DNA of 64,000 nucleotides. Origin: an uncultured Actinomycetota bacterium. GTDB lineage: Bacteria > Actinomycetota > Actinomycetes > Streptosporangiales > Streptosporangiaceae. This document shows, piece after piece, positions 8,530 to 17,237 of the stretch. The translations under genes and the position numbers were made by a program. The stretch covers positions 298,767-362,766 of the forward strand of contig CAVYDE010000008.1 of the NCBI GenBank assembly GCA_963767215.1. The letters are read 5' to 3'. Each line of letters starts with the position of its first letter. The stretch's first letter is position 1. Under the pieces are notes generated by a model. That model saw only the letters and a list, made by a program, of their open reading frames with translations, had not been told where the DNA came from and ran no database searches.

Positions 8530-9789
8530 GTGGCGACAGTTGAGCTGTATCCAGCGCCCCGCCGCGATGCGGAGGCGCTGATCAAGGAGGCACGCCGCCG
8601 TCAGCGCCGGCGCTATCTTGGCGTCGGGCTGGCGATGCTGGCCGCCGGCGCCACAGTTGCCGGCAGCTTGGCTGGCGGGGCCGGCCATGTCCGGCGGCAC
8701 AGCACTCCGCGACCCCGGATATCTTCCGGCCACCGAGTTCGGTCCCCGAGAGTTGAGCCTTCTGCGCCGGCGATCCCGGCCAGCACCGGCACGACGGTCT
8801 TGTTGTGGCCGGCCAGCTATCCGATGTTCACGGCGGACGGCGGACCGCCGGCCTACCTGGACAACCTGACCACCGGCAAGCTTGCGGCGACCGGGCGCCC
8901 CGCGATCAGCGCCGGCGACTTCCAGCCGCTGCTGATCACGGTCGGCCGCTATTTCGTTTACGTCGGCGATGGCACCACGGTCATCCGCAGCGACCTCCGG
9001 GGGCGGCCGCGGGTGCTGGCGAAGACGCCGTTCTTCTTTCCGTCGGCTGTGCCTGGCCATGTCTGGCTTGGCGGCCTCCAGCCCGCGCACAGCTCGCGTC
9101 ACGTCGCGCGGCTGGCATCAGTGACGGGTGGTCCGCTCGGGCCGCCGGTCACGCTGCCGCCGGACACACAGCTGATGCGCGGGACCGACGGAGGTCTGCT
9201 GCTGCAGAACTTCTCGGTCCATGGCTCGGCATTGGAGTTGTGGGATCCCGGCAGCGTGCCTCGGGCGTTGCCGTTCCGACCGAACCCGTTCGATGGCTTC
9301 GGCGCCAGCGCGCGGCTGGTCGAGTACGGCACCGGCTGCGTGAGCCTGGCCGGTTCGGCCGCGACCGGTGGCTATGACGTCTGCCACATGCTGCGGATCT
9401 ACGACGTGAGCACGGGCAGGGTCCTGTCGTTCCGTACGCCGCCTGGTACGGCAGGCTGGGTGCCACCGGGGTTCAATCTTGACCAGCCGATCTCGCCGGC
9501 GAATGCGATGGTGGCGGCAGAGGCTGCGTTGCCGTCTGCTCACGAGGATCGCGGCCGGCTGTACGTTGTGCAGCTGAACAGCCGCCACCGCGGTCCTCGC
9601 GCCGTCCCTCGCTCGGCCGGCTTCGTGCGGATGAGGGTGGCCTGGTCGGTCCGCGGCAACTGGGTGTTCTTCCAGGGCCCGGGCGGTCTCCTGTGGGCCT
9701 TTCAGCCGCTGACCGGTAGCCTGCGGGCGTCGCGCACTCCGTGCTGTCAGTACTCGATCATGGCCGCGGTACCAACCGGTCCCAGCTAG
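8530..9789 (+). CDS. membrane-anchored protein of unknown function
   Basis: 419-aa ORF 13 nt after the GntR gene. N-terminal RRRQRRRYLGVGLAMLAAGATVAGSLAGG anchor; the rest is rich in beta-strand-like segments. No family recognised. Confidence 0.55.
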   Translation: MATVELYPAPRRDAEALIKEARRRQRRRYLGVGLAMLAAGATVAGSLAGGAGHVRRHSTPRPRISSGHRVRSPRVEPSAPAIPASTGTTVLLWPASYPMFTADGGPPAYLDNLTTGKLAATGRPAISAGDFQPLLITVGRYFVYVGDGTTVIRSDLRGRPRVLAKTPFFFPSAVPGHVWLGGLQPAHSSRHVARLASVTGGPLGPPVTLPPDTQLMRGTDGGLLLQNFSVHGSALELWDPGSVPRALPFRPNPFDGFGASARLVEYGTGCVSLAGSAATGGYDVCHMLRIYDVSTGRVLSFRTPPGTAGWVPPGFNLDQPISPANAMVAAEAALPSAHEDRGRLYVVQLNSRHRGPRAVPRSAGFVRMRVAWSVRGNWVFFQGPGGLLWAFQPLTGSLRASRTPCCQYSIMAAVPTGPS

Positions 9790-9828
9790 ACAAGCCAGAA
9801 CGGCCGGCCGGTCGGTACTCTCGAAGAG

Positions 9829-9965
9829 TGAACTTCGCCGAGTGCCCAGACGATGGCACCCGCCTCAAGGCCGTGCAGGTACGGCCGCCGCCGCCGCTGC
9901 TGGTGTGCCCGACTTGCGGCAAGCGATATGAGCTGACCGACCGAGGAATCGTCGAGGTACCCTAG
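9829..9965 (+). CDS. possible small zinc-ribbon protein
   Basis: VNFAECPDDGTRLKAVQV...LVCPTCGKRYELTDRG contains a C-x-x...CPTC ribbon-like pattern. Start uncertain. Confidence 0.3.
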
Positions 9966-10167
9966 CGAACGCGAGTCTGAGGCATTCGCTGAGACAGCGA
10001 GAGACTTGCTGTCCGGAGGCGGGCGCACCCCCGGCGCACCAGCGGGTCACCGAGCTCGCGCCTCGCGTCATGCAGTCTGACACCGGCCGCGGGACGGCGG
10101 AGTTGAGTACCTCTACCTAAGTACGGCTACTCTGGCGGGGCCGGCGCGGAGCGATCATCGTTGTCTC

Positions 10168-10809
10168 ATGATGCCGGAAGATCGGCCGCGGGCATGGCGG
10201 CTTGTGCTGTTGCGCAGGGCTCTGCTCGCCTTCGCAGTGCTGGCTTCGGTCGCGCTCGCTGCGGTGCTCGGATTCGCCGTGTACTTGTTCGCCGCGGGTT
10301 ACTCAGGCGGCAGCGACCCGCAGAGCGTCGCGCCGCTGGCCTTCCCGCTGTCTTTTCTCCTGGTGATAGTCGTCGGCTTTCCGGTGGCGCTCGTCTGTGT
10401 ACTGGCCTGGGTTGGCTATCTCGCCGCGGCTCGCAGAAGCGGCCTGGCCGCCGAAGTGAATCTTCGCCGCGCACTGGCAACCGGTGCGCACCGGCCGCCG
10501 GCCACCGGGCACCGGCCACGTACCGGCCATCGTGCGCACCTGCCACCGGTCCGGCTGCCACTACTCGGGTGTTCCGGCCGCCGGTTCCTTGGCTGCCATG
10601 GTGAACAGTTCGGCGTAGTCGTAGGCGGCCTCGGGCTTCGCGCGGACCGCCGCGTCTATGGTCCTGGCGTCCTCGCCGATGAGGATCCGCCAGGCTCCGG
10701 ATCGCACTCCGTCGAGGATGAGGGTTGCCGCCTCAGCCGCGCTGACCGGCGCCTTGTCCCGGAAGTCGGTGTTCGCCCGCGCGAGCAGCTGGCGCAGCGC
10801 ATCGGCTGA
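10168..10809 (+). CDS. membrane protein of unknown function; 3' end doubtful
   Basis: Three hydrophobic helices (LLRRALLAFAVLASVALAAVLGFAVYLFAAG, LAFPLSFLLVIVVGFPVALVCVLAWVGYLAAA). The last ~250 nt overlap the convergent SDR gene and are probably antisense read-through. Confidence 0.4.
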   Translation: MMPEDRPRAWRLVLLRRALLAFAVLASVALAAVLGFAVYLFAAGYSGGSDPQSVAPLAFPLSFLLVIVVGFPVALVCVLAWVGYLAAARRSGLAAEVNLRRALATGAHRPPATGHRPRTGHRAHLPPVRLPLLGCSGRRFLGCHGEQFGVVVGGLGLRADRRVYGPGVLADEDPPGSGSHSVEDEGCRLSRADRRLVPEVGVRPREQLAQRIG

Positions 10810-11553
10810 CCCGCCTTCGGCCAGCAGGCCAGCGCGGATCAGCGCGGCCTGCCTGTCGCGGGGGATCAGCTCTTCCACCTGGGCGTCGCTCATGTGCTCA
10901 GGCGCTGGCAGACCGCGGGCACGGAAGCTGTTGGCGATGATGTCGGTGCCGACGTGCCCCGGCATCACGACGACGGCCCGGACCTGCGGTGCGTTGACCC
11001 GCAGGTCCTCGATGAGCGCCTCGGAGAAGCCTTTCACGGCGAACTTGGCCGCGCTGTAGGCGGTCTGCGGCGCGCCAGGGCCCAGCGACGCCCAGAAGCC
11101 GTTCACGCTGCTGGTGTTGACGAGAACGCCGTCGCCGCTCGCGATCAGCAGCGGCACAAATACGCGGGCGCAGTAATAAACCCCCCACCAGTCGGTGGCG
11201 AACGTGTGCTCCCATTCCTGCCGCGAATCGCGGATGAAGCTGCTGCCGCCGCCGATGCCGGCGTTGCTGAACACCAGGTCGACGTGATCGCTGGCGTGCT
11301 GCGCCAGCAGCTCGTCGCGGAACCGCAGCACTTGCGTCTCATCAGCGACGTCGCAGAGGTGGCTGGTGACCCGGACTCCGGCCGGGCAGTCCGCCCGCGC
11401 CAGGGCTGCAGCCTGCGCGATGGTGTCGGCGTTCAGGTCACACGCCGCGACCGAGCATCCCTGCGCCGCCAGCTGGCGGACCAGCTCGCGGCCCATGCCC
11501 GAGCCACCGCCCGTCACCACCGCGAGCTTCCCGTCGAACGACCCCACAGCCAT
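10561..11553 (-). CDS. SDR family oxidoreductase
   Basis: GKLAVVTGGGSGMGRELV (TGxxxGxG), NAGIGGG, and a YSAAK active-site motif. Confidence 0.9.
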   Translation of the reverse strand: MAVGSFDGKLAVVTGGGSGMGRELVRQLAAQGCSVAACDLNADTIAQAAALARADCPAGVRVTSHLCDVADETQVLRFRDELLAQHASDHVDLVFSNAGIGGGSSFIRDSRQEWEHTFATDWWGVYYCARVFVPLLIASGDGVLVNTSSVNGFWASLGPGAPQTAYSAAKFAVKGFSEALIEDLRVNAPQVRAVVVMPGHVGTDIIANSFRARGLPAPEHMSDAQVEELIPRDRQAALIRAGLLAEGGSADALRQLLARANTDFRDKAPVSAAEAATLILDGVRSGAWRILIGEDARTIDAAVRAKPEAAYDYAELFTMAAKEPAAGTPE

Positions 11554-11623
11554 GATGGTTACCCGCAGTGCTTTCGTCAGTCAACGGCCCGGGCGCGACC
11601 GCCGGGAGACCGGCGGTCCGTGA

Positions 11624-12673
11624 TCAGGTGACCGGAGCCAGCGGCTGCCAGTCTGGCTCGGTGCCGGTCGTCAGCGCGCCTGCAATGATCGGCCCGATTG
11701 TCGGCGGAGAGTAGAGGTAGATTTTCGGCGTTCCCCGCACGTTCCTGACGTAGGCCAGGAACGTGCCCGACGGTGAGTACACCGCCTGGTACGCGCCGCG
11801 CAGGAACGGCGACGACTCGAGCGTGAGGTCGATCCCCTGGTGGGTGCAGCGACGCCCGGCGCACCTCTCCTGCGTGGTCAGTGCGTCGACGCTGAACATC
11901 GGGCTGTTCGGGTACCAGTCCGGGTCAAGCTGCCTGACCGGTTTCGCCGTCGCGCCTTCGCCGCTCGGGAAGCCGTTCCGGTAGTCGGATTGCGCGCCGA
12001 ATCCGAGCGCGCCCAGGCAGTAGGTGTGGCTGGGGCACCGCGGCGCCGTCGCGCCTTCGAAGATGATGAAGGATCCGAAACTGACGCCGGAGGCGTCCCT
12101 CGCCCAGGCCCAGGCGACGGCCGCCGGGAGCGCCGTCACCTTGATCTGCCGCCGTGTTGGCTGTTCTGAGTTAAACGGGGTGCTGAACGTCGCGAACCTG
12201 TGGCGCACCGTGTCGTACCTGGTCAGATACCCGTAGCCGGTGCCCTTCTTGGTCTTGACGTAGGCGAGGTAGCGCCCGTTCGGCGACCAGGTCGGGCGTG
12301 CATCGGTGTAAGCAGGCGCCTGGCCGGTGATCCGCTTCTTGTGGCTGCCGTTAGCGTCCATGATCCAGAGGTTGCCCTTATCCAGGTATGCCAGCCGCAG
12401 GCCATTCGGCGACCAGCGAGGTCCTGAATCATGCCCGTCGCGCGTGAGCCGGTCGACCGTCGAGCCGGGCGTGGCGCTTTCTGGGTTGATCGTATAGATG
12501 TTGCCGTTCCGGACGAAGGCGATGAGCCCGTCGGAACCGGGATACGCCGCCTGCGCGGTCCCCGCGACGCCGATGCTCAGCAACGCAGCGGTAGCCAGCA
12601 CTGCCGATCCTGCCGTCCACCACCACGCGCGGCTGCGTGCTGCGCCCGCGTTCTTTCCTTGCATGCCTGCCAC
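11624..12673 (-). CDS. secreted TolB-like PD40 beta-propeller repeat protein
   Basis: Signal peptide ending GTAQAAYP. Repeated PRWSPNGLRLAYL / PTWSPNGRYLAYV / AVYSPSGTFLAYV PD40-type motifs. Confidence 0.8.
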   Translation of the reverse strand: MAGMQGKNAGAARSRAWWWTAGSAVLATAALLSIGVAGTAQAAYPGSDGLIAFVRNGNIYTINPESATPGSTVDRLTRDGHDSGPRWSPNGLRLAYLDKGNLWIMDANGSHKKRITGQAPAYTDARPTWSPNGRYLAYVKTKKGTGYGYLTRYDTVRHRFATFSTPFNSEQPTRRQIKVTALPAAVAWAWARDASGVSFGSFIIFEGATAPRCPSHTYCLGALGFGAQSDYRNGFPSGEGATAKPVRQLDPDWYPNSPMFSVDALTTQERCAGRRCTHQGIDLTLESSPFLRGAYQAVYSPSGTFLAYVRNVRGTPKIYLYSPPTIGPIIAGALTTGTEPDWQPLAPVT

Positions 12674-12739
12674 CCCTTGTCCGCAGCGTAAGAAAGCAGG
12701 CTATCGGGGACTGCAATGGTGCGGCCGGTCCAATGAGAA

Positions 12740-13060
12740 ATGGTACTGTCCTCAACCGCGCACTACCTCGTGCGCCGTGAGCAGGCAGATTCCTGTCCGC
12801 TCGCTGCGATCCGCACCGCTACGACTCAGCAGCGTCTCAGCGCCGATATCTTGCGCCTGCTCGACTTGATCTGGCCTGTGCTGCGATGACAGCGCACTAC
12901 GGGGAGTACTCAGACCTCGGCGGCGCCTACGACGCACTGCAGCAGTGGTGCACGGACAACGGGCGCCTGGCCGCCGGGGTGAACTGGGAAGTCTACGGAG
13001 ACTGGGCAGAGGATCCCGGCAGCCGCCGCACCGACGTCGTATTTCCTGCTGCAGCCCGTG
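12740..13060 (+). pseudogene. GyrI-like small-molecule-binding domain remnant
   Basis: 49-codon ORF 12740..12889 (REQADSCPLAAIRTATTQQRLSADILRLLDLIWPVLR) overlaps by ATGA an ORF encoding HYGEYSDLGGAYDALQQWCTDNGRLAAGVNWEVYGDWAEDP. Both are GyrI-like halves, but the middle of the domain is missing. Confidence 0.4.
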
Positions 13061-13088
13061 ACGAGCTGACGTGGAGTGAGCCTGGCCG

Positions 13089-13760
13089 TCATGCTGTGTA
13101 CCCGCCGGCGCGGCCAGGAATAGGCGCAGCCGCGGCTGGCTCGTCCGTGCCGTCAGGCTGGGTGCTCGCTTTCTTGTCAGGATGGCCTGCCCGCTGGTCG
13201 CCGCTGGCCTGGCTGTCCGAGGTGCCAGGAACGTTGAGTACGCGCAGGATGTAACGCTCAGAAAAGCCAGTCACGAAACCAAGCACCAGGAACGTGCCGC
13301 CGTTGGTGACCGTGATTCCTGGCACTACCTGCCAGCTCAATGCGATGTAGATGATGGTGGCCATCAAAGCTCCGACCAGCGGCTTGAGTATCAGGCGCAA
13401 GACACTTGTCCGGTAGTCAAGAAGGCTGGTCGCAGCTCCTTGCGTGGCGAGCAGACCTGAGAACAGCCCTCCGGCCGCGCCGAGCACGGCTACCCCCGCG
13501 CTAGCCAGCAAGGAGGAAAAAGGCGCCGGAAAGTGCGCGAGAAAATGCACCGGCCAGCCGAGCACGGGGATGGGGTTGGCCACGATCGTGGTCGCGATCA
13601 ATGTCAGGACAAGCGCCGTCCCGACGTAGACAGCAAGCAGGCGCAGCCGGGCAACCTGCAGGTCATTGTTGATCCACTCCTTCTGCTGCGACAGGGCTAG
13701 CTGGCCGATGGCTTCTGCCACAGCCGCCGCCACCTTGCGCCAGTGGCTGTCCGACCGCAC
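13089..13760 (-). CDS. multi-pass membrane protein of unknown function (may extend to 13914/13995 with a frame change)
   Basis: 4-5 hydrophobic helices. Upstream ORF 13663..13995 (MTASRVPFGRWDQQARQGYLRSRLYVVSQEYTRV...) abuts in another frame at about 13765. Confidence 0.5.
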   Translation of the reverse strand: MRSDSHWRKVAAAVAEAIGQLALSQQKEWINNDLQVARLRLLAVYVGTALVLTLIATTIVANPIPVLGWPVHFLAHFPAPFSSLLASAGVAVLGAAGGLFSGLLATQGAATSLLDYRTSVLRLILKPLVGALMATIIYIALSWQVVPGITVTNGGTFLVLGFVTGFSERYILRVLNVPGTSDSQASGDQRAGHPDKKASTQPDGTDEPAAAAPIPGRAGGYTA

Positions 13761-14056
13761 GCTGACGGTAGCTATTGTCCGGCGCCGGGTTCAGCGCAAT
13801 CAGGTCGCCTTGAACCCTCGTGTACTCCTGGCTGACGACGTACAGCCGAGATCGCAGGTAACCCTGGCGGGCTTGCTGATCCCAGCGACCAAACGGAACC
13901 CTGCTTGCTGTCATGACGGGCAGCGCGGCAAGCGGGGGCTGCGCCGGCGCAGTCGCGCCGAGGTCACGCTGGCCATCGCTTTCGTGGACCGTCACACTGG
14001 CAGCGTGACGACAGCGGCTACCAGCGTCAAGTCAGGGGCCGCGAAGCCTCCGTCGC

Positions 14057-14815
14057 TTAGCCGCTGCCCGTCGCGGCGAGCAGCACGAGCAGCATGGTGA
14101 TCACCGCGAGCGTGAAGTGGCTGGCGAGCGTGAAGACTCGCCCTGCCGAAGAGCCGGACCCCGAAGGAACGTGGTCGCCCAGGCCAGCGGCTGGCGGCCC
14201 GGCGATAGACATCACCAGGACTGACATGCCGAGCCCGGCGGCAGCGATGATCAGGGCTGCGGCGGTCCATGCCAGTGCCTGCTGGCGCGTGACGGCGAAG
14301 GCTGCCCACAGTGCGAGGCCGGTCACCGCCGCTGCGGGATGGCCGATCGCCGTGGCCGGGCGGCTGCCGGGGCGGCCGCGGCGCCTGGCGAACAGGTAGC
14401 CGCCCACGGCCCCGGTCGCAGCCCAGCAGCCGAGCGCGATGAGCCGGAGACCGCCGCCACCGGGCTGCGGACCGGGCGGCGGGCTCGCGGCCGACGCGGC
14501 GGGCGGTGCGATACCGTGCACCAGGGCGGCCAGGTACCGTGCGTCCGCCGCCGCGATACGGCGCTCGGTTGCCTTGGGATGCGGACCCGCGGCCTCCCGG
14601 ACGGCACTGGACACGATCCCGTTGAGCTGCAGGTGACTCAGACCTGCGCAAGCGGGCGGGACGGAGCGGATGGTCACCCGCAGCTCGATCGCTCGCACGC
14701 CGAATTGCCAGCAGTCGCGCGCGGCGGGCGGCGCGGTGGCACATCCCGCGCACGCTAGCGCGACGCCCGCGGCGATGACTGCCGCCCCGCAGACTGCGCC
14801 GATTCTCGTTCGCAT
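14057..14815 (-). CDS. lipoprotein/membrane protein of unknown function
   Basis: N-terminal AAVIAAGVALACAGCA lipobox-like signal. C-terminal half has 4 hydrophobic helices. Confidence 0.6.
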   Translation of the reverse strand: MRTRIGAVCGAAVIAAGVALACAGCATAPPAARDCWQFGVRAIELRVTIRSVPPACAGLSHLQLNGIVSSAVREAAGPHPKATERRIAAADARYLAALVHGIAPPAASAASPPPGPQPGGGGLRLIALGCWAATGAVGGYLFARRRGRPGSRPATAIGHPAAAVTGLALWAAFAVTRQQALAWTAAALIIAAAGLGMSVLVMSIAGPPAAGLGDHVPSGSGSSAGRVFTLASHFTLAVITMLLVLLAATGSG

Positions 14816-14898
14816 CAGTCAATTGTCGCTGCGGTTTGCCCGGCGGTAAGCCGCAGGGCAATTGCGAATCGGCGGAAGACTCGCCGATACTGCATCGC

Positions 14899-15783
14899 AT
14901 GACCAGTCGGCTGCGCGCCCGCACCGTGACGGCGAACGGGTTGCAGTTCGGTGTCCTGGAGGCAGGCAGCGGGCCGCTCGCATTGTGCCTGCACGGCTTC
15001 CCCGACTCAGCGCACACCTGGCGGTATCTGCTGCCCGTGCTGGCCGAGTCGGGTTTCCACGCGGTCGCGCCGTTCATGCGCGGCTATGCGCCGACGGGCA
15101 TTCCCGCGGACGGGTGCTTCCAGGTGGGTGCGCTTGTCGCTGACGCAATCGGACTGCACGATGCCCTCCGCGGCGACGAGCGAGCCGTCCTCATCGGCAG
15201 CGACTGGGGCGCGGAGGCCGCTTACGGCGCGGCCGCGTTCGCTCCTGATCGGTGGCGGCGCGTGGTCACGCTCGGCGTGCCCCCGCTGGCACTCGATGCG
15301 ACGATCTTCGCTGACTACGAGCAGCTGAAGCGGTTCTTCTACTTGTTCTTCCTGAAGACACCCTTCGCCGAGTCTGTGGTGGCGGCCGGTGACATGGCAT
15401 TCCTGGACCTGCTGTGGCAAGACTGGTGTCCTGGCTACGGCGCGAGCGAAGATCTCCGCCACGTCAAGCAGTGCCTGCGCGGTGCGGACCATCTCGCCGC
15501 CGCGATCGGTTACTACCGGACCGAGGAGCCGGGGCTCAGCGAGTTCGGCGCGGTCGGCGCCTACGCCGCTGAAGAGGCGGCGCTGGCCAGGGCTGGGCCA
15601 CAACCGACCTTGTACCTGCACGGGAACCGTGACGGCTGCATCGGAGTTGCCCTGGTCGAGGACGCCGAGCGGTACCTCTCCGCCGGGTCGAGGATGGATG
15701 TTGTCGACGGTGCCGGCCACTTCCTGCACGTGGAGAAGCCGGCGGCGGTGAACGAGCGGATTCTCGCGTGGGTCAGCGCGTGA
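14899..15783 (+). CDS. alpha/beta hydrolase (epoxide-hydrolase-like fold)
   Basis: MTSRLRARTVTANGLQFGVLEAGSGPLALCLHGFPDSAHTWRY, nucleophile elbow GSDWGA, C-terminal GAGHFLHVEKP. Internal ATG 14899 of ORF 14836..15783. Confidence 0.85.
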   Translation: MTSRLRARTVTANGLQFGVLEAGSGPLALCLHGFPDSAHTWRYLLPVLAESGFHAVAPFMRGYAPTGIPADGCFQVGALVADAIGLHDALRGDERAVLIGSDWGAEAAYGAAAFAPDRWRRVVTLGVPPLALDATIFADYEQLKRFFYLFFLKTPFAESVVAAGDMAFLDLLWQDWCPGYGASEDLRHVKQCLRGADHLAAAIGYYRTEEPGLSEFGAVGAYAAEEAALARAGPQPTLYLHGNRDGCIGVALVEDAERYLSAGSRMDVVDGAGHFLHVEKPAAVNERILAWVSA

Positions 15784-15846
15784 GCCGCGGTGCAGGCATC
15801 AGCGGATACAGGAATCAGCCGGCGCCGTGATTTAGGTCAGGTCCGG

Positions 15847-17016
15847 TCAGGTCGCGCACAGCGTGGCGCGCGCGGTCGCCACCAGATCGCGGATCGTCAC
15901 GGATCGCCTGTCTGTCTTCCACGCGAGACACACTCGTGCTGGCGGAATGTCGATGACCGGGATCGCGATGACTTCAGGAGGTATGTGCACCGCCGCCGTT
16001 ACCGTGGTCGGGATGAAGGTGATCGCGCGCCCGGTGCCCACCGCCTCGATTTTCTCTTCGAGGTTGCGGGCAGTTGGGCCGGCGCGTGGCCGCCTCCCGT
16101 CGGGGCGCGGATCGACGTTATGCCAGGCGTCCCAGTCGGCGCTGGCGCCGGAGTGCAGGACGACGGGGTCGTCCGCGAGTTCACTGATGGCGATCTCGGA
16201 GCGCCCGGCGAGTCGATGGCTTCCTGGCAGCAACGCCAGCCTTGGCGAGGAGTAAAGGTGGGCCACGTCAAGGCCACTGTCGTCCATCGGGAGATGGACG
16301 AAGGAGATATCCAGCTGGTCGTCGAGTAGCGCTCCCGGCTGGTCGGACCAGTAGATCCGTTCGACGTCGATATCGGTGTCGTGGTGCGCAGCGTTGAAGG
16401 CTCGCACCAGCCGGATAATCGGATCGCCCACCAGGAAACCGACTGTCAGCGCGGCTCGGCCGGTTGCGCTGCGCCGTCTGACTCGCCGGCCCGCGGCGCT
16501 GGCCGCCGCAAGCAGCGGCTGCGCATCCTCCAGGAGCTGGTGTCCGGCCGGCGTCAGCTCAACCTGGCGGCTCGACCTGGTCACCAGGTCAACGCCCACT
16601 TCTTGTTCGAGTTTGCGAATCTGCCTGCTCAGCACCGGCTGGGTGATGCCCAGATGCTCGGCCGCATGGCCGAAATGCAGTTTTGTCGCCAGCCCCACGA
16701 AGTAGCGGAGCCTGCGAAGATCGAGATCCGGCAGGTCCTGACCCGGCCGCTCGGCCGCCCTGGACGTCGCGGTCGGAGCAATCAGGTCAGCGACGGAGAC
16801 CTCCAGCGCTGCGGCGAGCAGACCGAGGCGACCGACGGATATGCGGCGCTCGCCGGCTTCTAGCCGGTTAAGGGTGGATGGGGCCATGTTGGTACGCCTG
16901 GCCAGTTCTGCCTGGCTCATGCGCTTGACCAGGCGAAGCGCCCGGAGCTGACGCCGCACCGCTTCGTCGGCTACCGACGCCCCGTGGCGCTGCCCGGCCT
17001 TGTGCCAGTTCGGCAT
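15847..17016 (-). CDS. transcriptional regulator with N-terminal XRE-type HTH fused to a complete LysR-type regulator
   Basis: LRLVKRMSQAELARRTNMAPSTLNRLEAGERRISVGRLGLLAAAL (XRE HTH), then LRRLRYFVGLATKLHFGHAAEHLGITQPVLSRQIRKLEQEVGVDL (LysR HTH) and a LysR substrate-binding domain. Start ATG 17016. Confidence 0.85.
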   Translation of the reverse strand: MPNWHKAGQRHGASVADEAVRRQLRALRLVKRMSQAELARRTNMAPSTLNRLEAGERRISVGRLGLLAAALEVSVADLIAPTATSRAAERPGQDLPDLDLRRLRYFVGLATKLHFGHAAEHLGITQPVLSRQIRKLEQEVGVDLVTRSSRQVELTPAGHQLLEDAQPLLAAASAAGRRVRRRSATGRAALTVGFLVGDPIIRLVRAFNAAHHDTDIDVERIYWSDQPGALLDDQLDISFVHLPMDDSGLDVAHLYSSPRLALLPGSHRLAGRSEIAISELADDPVVLHSGASADWDAWHNVDPRPDGRRPRAGPTARNLEEKIEAVGTGRAITFIPTTVTAAVHIPPEVIAIPVIDIPPARVCLAWKTDRRSVTIRDLVATARATLCAT

Positions 17017-17237
17017 AGCCGCACCGTCCCCCCCAGCCAAGCATAGAAGGGGTCTCCGCCTGACCGATGCCAGGCCCGCATTGCTGGCCGCGTCGCGGGT
17101 GTTGCAGTCCCCGCAGCCTTGAGGAACAGTCACGAGAGCAGCCTTTAGCCGGTTTGCCTGTCGCGAGATATCGCCTTCATGACCCGTTGCCGGGAGCAGG
17201 CCGATGAGATCCGCATACGCCTTCCAGACCACAGGAG

